This document shows positions 46,251-51,205 of a stretch of 51,205 bases of DNA, piece by piece (within the stretch, counting starts at the first letter, position 1; the number at the start of each line of letters is the position of its first letter). A program made the translations under genes and the position numbers. Source of the stretch: an uncultured bacterium. GTDB taxonomy: Bacteria; Ratteibacteria; UBA8468; B48-G9; JAFGKM01. The notes under the pieces are model-generated. The model saw nothing but the letters and a program-made list of their open reading frames with translations. It was not told the DNA's origin and did not search any database. Location: assembly GCA_964413825.1 (NCBI GenBank), contig CAYPTS010000005.1, positions 1 to 51,205 on the forward strand. The letters are read 5' to 3'.

Positions 46251-46327
46251 TTCATTCTCCCAAGTCAGGGGGTCAGGTCTTGGAACGGAGCTGCCCCCCC
46301 TCGGTTTTTGGTTCGCACCAGCCCCTT

Positions 46328-47824
46328 TCAAATGTTTCTGGAGACGCGGCAGGCCTCCATCAACCCTTTCGCCTTGTTCTTCGTCTCCGCAAACTCCTTC
46401 TCCGGCACCGAATCCGCCACGATACCCGCGCCCGCCTGTATGTAAATCCTGTCATCCTTGATGGTGACGGTTCTTATCGTTATGCAGAAATCCATGTTCC
46501 CCTGCAAACTGAAATATCCTGCCGCACCGGCGTACGGGCCCCTTTTTGACGGCTCGAGTTCCTCTATTATTTCCATCGCCCGTATCTTGGGAGCGCCGCT
46601 GACGGTGCCTGCCGGAAAAGACGCCTTGAGCAGGTCGGTCGCCTTTTTTCCGGGCTTTAGAGTACCCTCGACATTGGAAACAAGATGCATCACATGCGAG
46701 TATTTTTCCACCGCCATCAATTCCGTGACCTTTACACTGCCCGGCCTGCAGACCCTGCCGAGGTCGTTTCTTCCAAGGTCGACCAGCATTATGTGCTCGG
46801 CACGCTCTTTCTCGTCCTCAAGAAGCGATTTTTCCATCTTTTTTTCTTCCTTCGCGTTCCTGCCTCTCGGCCGGGTTCCCGCTATGGGACGCACGGTAGC
46901 GGCGCCGCCGTCCAGTTTCACCAGTATTTCGGGTGAAGAGCCCACCAGTTTAACTTCCCCGGCTTCGAGAAAAAACATGTACGGGGACGGATTAACAGAA
47001 CGCAGCGCCCTGTAGAGACTAAAGGGAGACGTGTCCAGTTTTCTCTCCCAGCGCTGGGAAAGAACAGTCTGTATGATATCGCCTTCCTTGATGTGTTTTT
47101 TTGCGGCCTTTACGGATTTTATGAAATCTTTCCTTTTGAAGTTGCTCTTAAACGGCTTTTCTTCAGGTTTTTCCTGCGGCTCGACAAGAAAAAGCGGCTT
47201 TTCTATGTTCTTCTTCAAAAGCGCCAGTCTTTCCATGCCGTTTTCATATGCGCTTCCGGGGGATTTGAAATTCCGCGCGTCAATGTTGGAAACCAGTATG
47301 ATTTTGCGCTTAAAATGGTCAAAGACAACCATGTCGCCGGCAAACAAAAAAAAGAAATCCGGACAGTCCAGGTCGTCGCCCAGTCTGTCCGGAATTCTTT
47401 CTATCTGCCTGACGAAATCATATGAAAAGTAGCCTATCAACCCGCCGGTAAACCCCGGCAGAAAATCATAGGCGGGCGCCCTGTTGTCTTTCAGAATGCC
47501 GTCTATCACTCCCGTAGGGTTATCAGAAACGACGTTTTTCTTTTCCCCTGTAAGGTTGTTATAGATTTCAACTTCCCTGCCTTTGCCCCTCACCGTGAAA
47601 TCCGGCGAAGTCCCGAGAAACGAGTATCTGCCCGTTCTTTCTTCCTGCTCGGCGCTTTCAAGAAGGAAACTGTAACTTCCCTTGCGAACCTTGAGAAAAG
47701 CGGATACCGGCGTTTCCAGGTCTCCCAGGATTTCGGCGCAAAGCGGCACCCTGGGAAATATATCCGCCTGTGACTTGAAGATTTCGTAAGACGGAAAAAT
47801 GTCCATGCTACTCTTCAACGACAA
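46328..47824 (-). CDS. trpE: Anthranilate synthase component I
   Basis: 498 aa with LLESAE...RYSFLG and GAGIVADS, typical of chorismate-binding enzymes. The LLES motif favours TrpE over PabB. Confidence 0.85.
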   Translation of the reverse strand: MSLKSSMDIFPSYEIFKSQADIFPRVPLCAEILGDLETPVSAFLKVRKGSYSFLLESAEQEERTGRYSFLGTSPDFTVRGKGREVEIYNNLTGEKKNVVSDNPTGVIDGILKDNRAPAYDFLPGFTGGLIGYFSYDFVRQIERIPDRLGDDLDCPDFFFLFAGDMVVFDHFKRKIILVSNIDARNFKSPGSAYENGMERLALLKKNIEKPLFLVEPQEKPEEKPFKSNFKRKDFIKSVKAAKKHIKEGDIIQTVLSQRWERKLDTSPFSLYRALRSVNPSPYMFFLEAGEVKLVGSSPEILVKLDGGAATVRPIAGTRPRGRNAKEEKKMEKSLLEDEKERAEHIMLVDLGRNDLGRVCRPGSVKVTELMAVEKYSHVMHLVSNVEGTLKPGKKATDLLKASFPAGTVSGAPKIRAMEIIEELEPSKRGPYAGAAGYFSLQGNMDFCITIRTVTIKDDRIYIQAGAGIVADSVPEKEFAETKNKAKGLMEACRVSRNI

Positions 47825-47996
47825 TCGCCTCTACCGGACAACTTTCCGCGGCCTCTTTAACTTTTTCTTCAAGGTCCGCGGCAACTTCAGCCGTCTTCAC
47901 GATAGAAAGCGCTTCCGGCATCTCAAAAACCTCCGGACATATATCCACGCACAACCCGCAACCCGTACAAAGATTCTCATCCACAGATACTTTCAT
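47808..47996 (-). CDS. Small ferredoxin
   Basis: 62 aa from ATG 47996, with AAGGAGG upstream. CTGCGLCVDICP plus a distal CP. Overlaps the trpE start by 17 nt. Confidence 0.8.
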   Translation of the reverse strand: MKVSVDENLCTGCGLCVDICPEVFEMPEALSIVKTAEVAADLEEKVKEAAESCPVEAIVVEE

Positions 47997-48087
47997 CATA
48001 GCCTCCTTTTCCCGCAAAATTTTAATACCTCTTTATCATTTTGTCAATACTTGTGGTAAAATAGGGTTTTTAAAATCACAATTCTCG

Positions 48088-48221
48088 AAAGAACAGAGGT
48101 TCGGGACTCGGGATTAGAGGTTCCCCGTAAAGAAAATCTACGGGGCAAGCGGGAAAGACAAAAGGCAGAGAAGGGGTTTTTCCGAATCCCTAAACCCGAA
48201 ACGCGAATCCCGGCTTTTAAG
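48088..48221 (+). repeat. Family C element, copy C2
   Basis: See C1. Lies in the divergent ferredoxin/ileS intergenic region and has an internal 7-bp hairpin at 48123-48145. Confidence 0.8.
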
Positions 48222-48246
48222 ATGTTCGGAGCAAAGGAGATTGGAA

Positions 48247-51027
48247 ATGGATTACTCAAAAACGGTTTATCTGCCGCAGACTTCCTTCCCCATGAAAGGG
48301 AACCTTCCGGCGAGGGAACCGGAGTTCCTGAAGATGTGGGAAGAAAAAGACGTCTACGGGAAAGTATCCGAAAAAAACAGGGGAAAGGCAACGTACATCC
48401 TTCACGACGGTCCGCCCTATGCCAACGGGCACATACACCTGGGCACCGCTCTTAACAAGATTTTAAAGGACGTCGTGGTCAAGTACCGCTCCATGAATGG
48501 TTTTTATACGCCCTACAAGCCCGGCTGGGACTGCCACGGCATGCCCATAGAACACCAGGTGTTCAAAGAGATGAAGGCGCGCAAAAGCGACGTCGACATC
48601 CTGCAGTTCCGGAAACAGGCGGCGCAGTACGCACAAAAGTTCATAGACATCCAGCGTGCGGAACTCAAACGTCTCGGCGTGCTTGGCAACTGGAACAACC
48701 CTTACCTCACCCTTTCGCGCGATTACGAAGCGGACATCATAAAGGCATTCGGCAGGCTGGCGCTCGACGGCTACGTGTACCAGGCGTATAAACCCATCTA
48801 CTGGTGCATTTCCTGCGAAACCGCCCTCGCCGAGGCGGAGATAGAGTACGAGGATAAGAAAGCGCCTGCGATATACGTAAAATTCCCCATGGCGGACGAT
48901 GAAAAAAATAACGCCTCGTTTCTGATATGGACGACCACCCCGTGGACGCTTCCTGCGAACACCGCTATAGCCGTGCATCCGGACCTGACGTACGTTCTCG
49001 TTGAAACGCCCGAAGGCAGGTACGTGCTGGCAGAAAAACTTCTTGACGAGGTCATGGGCAAACGCGAACTCAAATACTCTGTACTGCAGAAATTCCCGGG
49101 CACGGAACTGGAAAACCGCCAATATGACAACCCTCTGGTAAAAAGGCGCTCAAGGGTCATACTTGCCGACTTCGTCTCCTCGGAAGACGGGACGGGCTGT
49201 GTTCATTCGGCGCCCGGGCACGGAGAAGAAGACTATTACGCCGGACTGAAAAACAACCTCGAGATACTCTCTCCTGTCGATGAACGCGGCAGGTTCACCG
49301 GCGAAGTAGAAGAGTTTGCGGGACAGAAGGTCTTTGATGCCGACCCGCTGATAATACAGAAACTGAAAGACAGCGGCGCGCTGTTTTTCAGCGAGGAAAT
49401 CACCCACTCCTACCCGCACTGCTGGCGGTGCAAAAAACCCGTCATCTTCAGAAGCACAAAACAGTGGTTCCTGAAAATAGACCACGACAAACTCCGGGAC
49501 CTGATAAACTCCGAGATTGAAAAGACCCGCTGGGTGCCGGCGGAAAGCAAAAACAGGATTTCCGCAATGGTCGGGTCCAGGCCTGACTGGTGCCTTTCAA
49601 GACAGCGATTATGGGGCGTGCCCATCCCCGCGTTTTACTGCGGCGCCTGCAACAAGGCTGTCATCACAAAAGAGTCGGTTTTGCACGTGGAAAACCTCAT
49701 AAGGCAGAACGGGTCTGACACATGGATGGAAAAACCGCCCGAAGAACTCCTGCCCGGAAGGTTTGCCTGTCCTTTCTGCGGGAACGGAGCCAGAAGCAAC
49801 TTCAGGAAAGAAACCGACATACTCGACGTATGGTTTGATTCCGGCGTCAGCCACCTTGCGGTTCTCAAGGAATCCGAAGGGCTCCGTTGGCCCGCGGACC
49901 TCTATCTCGAAGGCAGCGACCAGCACAGGGGCTGGTTCCAGACCTCCATCATAACCTCCTGCGGAATAAAAAAACAGGCGCCATACGGAACGGTGCTCAC
50001 CCACGGGTTCGTGGTGGACGCCGACGGAAGGAAGATGAGCAAGTCCCTGGGCAACGTCATAAAACCGGAAGAACTGATTAAAAAATACGGCGCCGAGATA
50101 CTGCGCCTGTGGAGCATCTCGGAAAACTACCAGCAGGACATAAGGATATCCGACGGCATCCTCAAAAACGTAATCATGTCCTACAGGAACGTGCGCAACA
50201 CACTCCGGTACCTGCTGGGCAACCTGCACGATTTCACGCCGGAGCGGGCGGTTGACGCGGAAAAACTTACAGGGACGGACAGATGGGCGCTGGAAAAACT
50301 GAAAGAGACAGTGAACGAGGTAACCGCCAATTATGAAAAATTCGCATTCAACAAGGCATACGAACAACTGCACAACTACTGCAACCTGTACCTGTCATCC
50401 TTCTACCTCGACCACCTGAAGGACCGGCTGTACACATACGGAAAAAACTCCGCGGAACGCAGAAGCGGACAAACCGCTCTTTACCACATCCTCAACGCGC
50501 TGGTGCGCCTCCTTGCGCCTTTGCTGTCTTTCACCGCAGAGGAAGCGTACCAACTTCTGCCATGGGGTGCGGAAAACGACAGTATATTCATGGAAGACTG
50601 GCCGGAACAGGACGCGCCGAATAAGGAGATGCTGGCGCGCTGGGAACGGTTTTTCGAGATACGCAAGATGGTGCTGAAGAAGATAGAGGAGCAGAGAGAG
50701 GCAAAGGTTGTCGGAAGCAGTCTCGAGGCGAAGGTAACGATTTCGGCGGACGAAGAAACGCTAAAATTTCTGAAATCCTTTGAGGGACTCACGGGACTGT
50801 TCATCGTCTCCGAAGTAATCCTTTCCCCTGTTTCTTCTACCCTACGGGGAGAGGGGCAGGGTGAGGGGGATAAGATAACCATCACCGTGGAGAAGACCTC
50901 TTTCGGAAAGTGCGCACGTTGCTGGGTACATTTTCCCGAGGTGAAAAGCGGCGACCCTGCCGCGGAAATCTGCCCAAAATGCAAAAAAGCCCTCCAAGAA
51001 GATGGCATCTTGCCGCCTACAATATAA
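48247..51027 (+). CDS. ileS: Isoleucine-tRNA ligase with a short repeat-derived insertion
   Basis: HIGH-type GHIHLGT, KMSKS, and the C-terminal zinc finger CARCW...CPKCKK. ATG 48247 has AAGGAG 7 nt upstream; the ORF track start at 48241 is a TTG. Confidence 0.95.
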   Translation: MDYSKTVYLPQTSFPMKGNLPAREPEFLKMWEEKDVYGKVSEKNRGKATYILHDGPPYANGHIHLGTALNKILKDVVVKYRSMNGFYTPYKPGWDCHGMPIEHQVFKEMKARKSDVDILQFRKQAAQYAQKFIDIQRAELKRLGVLGNWNNPYLTLSRDYEADIIKAFGRLALDGYVYQAYKPIYWCISCETALAEAEIEYEDKKAPAIYVKFPMADDEKNNASFLIWTTTPWTLPANTAIAVHPDLTYVLVETPEGRYVLAEKLLDEVMGKRELKYSVLQKFPGTELENRQYDNPLVKRRSRVILADFVSSEDGTGCVHSAPGHGEEDYYAGLKNNLEILSPVDERGRFTGEVEEFAGQKVFDADPLIIQKLKDSGALFFSEEITHSYPHCWRCKKPVIFRSTKQWFLKIDHDKLRDLINSEIEKTRWVPAESKNRISAMVGSRPDWCLSRQRLWGVPIPAFYCGACNKAVITKESVLHVENLIRQNGSDTWMEKPPEELLPGRFACPFCGNGARSNFRKETDILDVWFDSGVSHLAVLKESEGLRWPADLYLEGSDQHRGWFQTSIITSCGIKKQAPYGTVLTHGFVVDADGRKMSKSLGNVIKPEELIKKYGAEILRLWSISENYQQDIRISDGILKNVIMSYRNVRNTLRYLLGNLHDFTPERAVDAEKLTGTDRWALEKLKETVNEVTANYEKFAFNKAYEQLHNYCNLYLSSFYLDHLKDRLYTYGKNSAERRSGQTALYHILNALVRLLAPLLSFTAEEAYQLLPWGAENDSIFMEDWPEQDAPNKEMLARWERFFEIRKMVLKKIEEQREAKVVGSSLEAKVTISADEETLKFLKSFEGLTGLFIVSEVILSPVSSTLRGEGQGEGDKITITVEKTSFGKCARCWVHFPEVKSGDPAAEICPKCKKALQEDGILPPTI
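50833..50869 (+). repeat. Family B unit B8 (left-end type), in-frame inside ileS
   Basis: tcttctaccctacggggagaggggcagggtgaggggg, near-identical to 41219-41255. Translated as SSTLRGEGQGEG. Confidence 0.85.
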
Positions 51028-51029
51028 AT

Positions 51030-51148
51030 AACGGATTGAGTTAGCCAGATAGCAAGGCGGTAAGGAGGAAGCGAAGAGGCGTATTAAACATACGTCGATG
51101 AAGATGACGACGAAACCAACAACGCTATCTGGATGAAATCAATTCGTT
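51030..51148 (+). other. Long bipartite stem structure between ileS and the next ORF
   Basis: 10-bp stem 51030-51039/51139-51148 (one G-U pair on the + strand), 9-bp stem 51045-51053/51124-51132, and an inner 7-bp hairpin 51078-51096. The interior is purine-rich and contains UAAGGAGG. Confidence 0.35.
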
Positions 51149-51151
51149 ACG

Positions 51152-51205
51152 ATGGAATATGTAATTGATGCATACAACCTAATCAAAAGCAGTTTTCTAA
51201 GGGAG
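51152..51205 (+). CDS. Partial ORF (first 18 codons), possibly a YacP/NYN-domain protein
   Basis: MEYVIDAYNLIKSSFLRE resembles the M..L.DGYN.I N-terminus of YacP-like NYN proteins. Truncated by the window end. Confidence 0.25.
   Translation, partial: MEYVIDAYNLIKSSFLRE

Noticed and set aside
51098-51136. A 12-codon mini-ORF (MKMTTKPTTLSG) as a Thr-type attenuation leader peptide.
   Set aside because: It has no SD at a usable distance, only four Thr codons, and no amino-acid biosynthesis gene downstream.

Overview
This is a 51.2-kb, gene-dense chromosomal window with about 43 CDS and 1 tRNA. All calls come from reading the ORF translations and the DNA by eye; no database searches were run.

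Likely host (inference only): an anaerobic bacterium with an LPS-bearing outer membrane, plausibly from the PVC superphylum or Omnitrophota. The basis is a DUF1559 prepilin-type protein, rubrerythrin, Hcp, ferredoxins, a COG1900 homocysteine route and the lpxB/kdsB/msbA/PagL-like genes.

Gene content, left to right:
- clpB, an FHA protein, lgt, lspA, a DksA-like protein, gyrA and gyrB (all on the minus strand).
- A LacI-headed putative glycan operon: DUF1559 pseudopilin-like protein, 838-aa secreted protein and two Gfo/Idh/MocA oxidoreductases.
- An XRE-type regulator divergent from a membrane protein.
- A Maf-RlmD fusion, an M23 peptidase, ispF, a beta-propeller protein and rubrerythrin.
- An aldo/keto reductase, followed by a non-coding stretch holding two candidate RNAs and tRNA-Cys.
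- An Fe-S/sulfur cluster: hcp, rrf2, COG1900, NIL-ferredoxin, nadA, nfu, mnmA and a radical SAM gene.
- Lipid A genes: PagL-like, lpxB and msbA.
- purL, a DUF559 nuclease and purM.
- nikR, kdsB, pyrG, trpG/trpE/ferredoxin, ileS, and the first 18 codons of a possible NYN-domain gene.

Most notable non-gene content: at least four interspersed repeat families.
- A: the cattgcgag...caatctc palindromes.
- B: the GC-rich ccctct...gggtgagggg hairpin units.
- C: a roughly 130-bp element.
- D: a 28-bp 3' element.

Family B units flank the DUF559 nuclease gene as inverted repeats, which resembles the REP/RAYT arrangement. They also sit in-frame inside mnmA and ileS and extend lspA. Family C extends lpxB. 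Family A copies lie 20-35 nt upstream of five start codons.

A roughly 327-nt element with nested long-range helices at 26572-26898 matches no RNA class I can recognise. I found no CRISPR array, rRNA, integrase or classical transposase.
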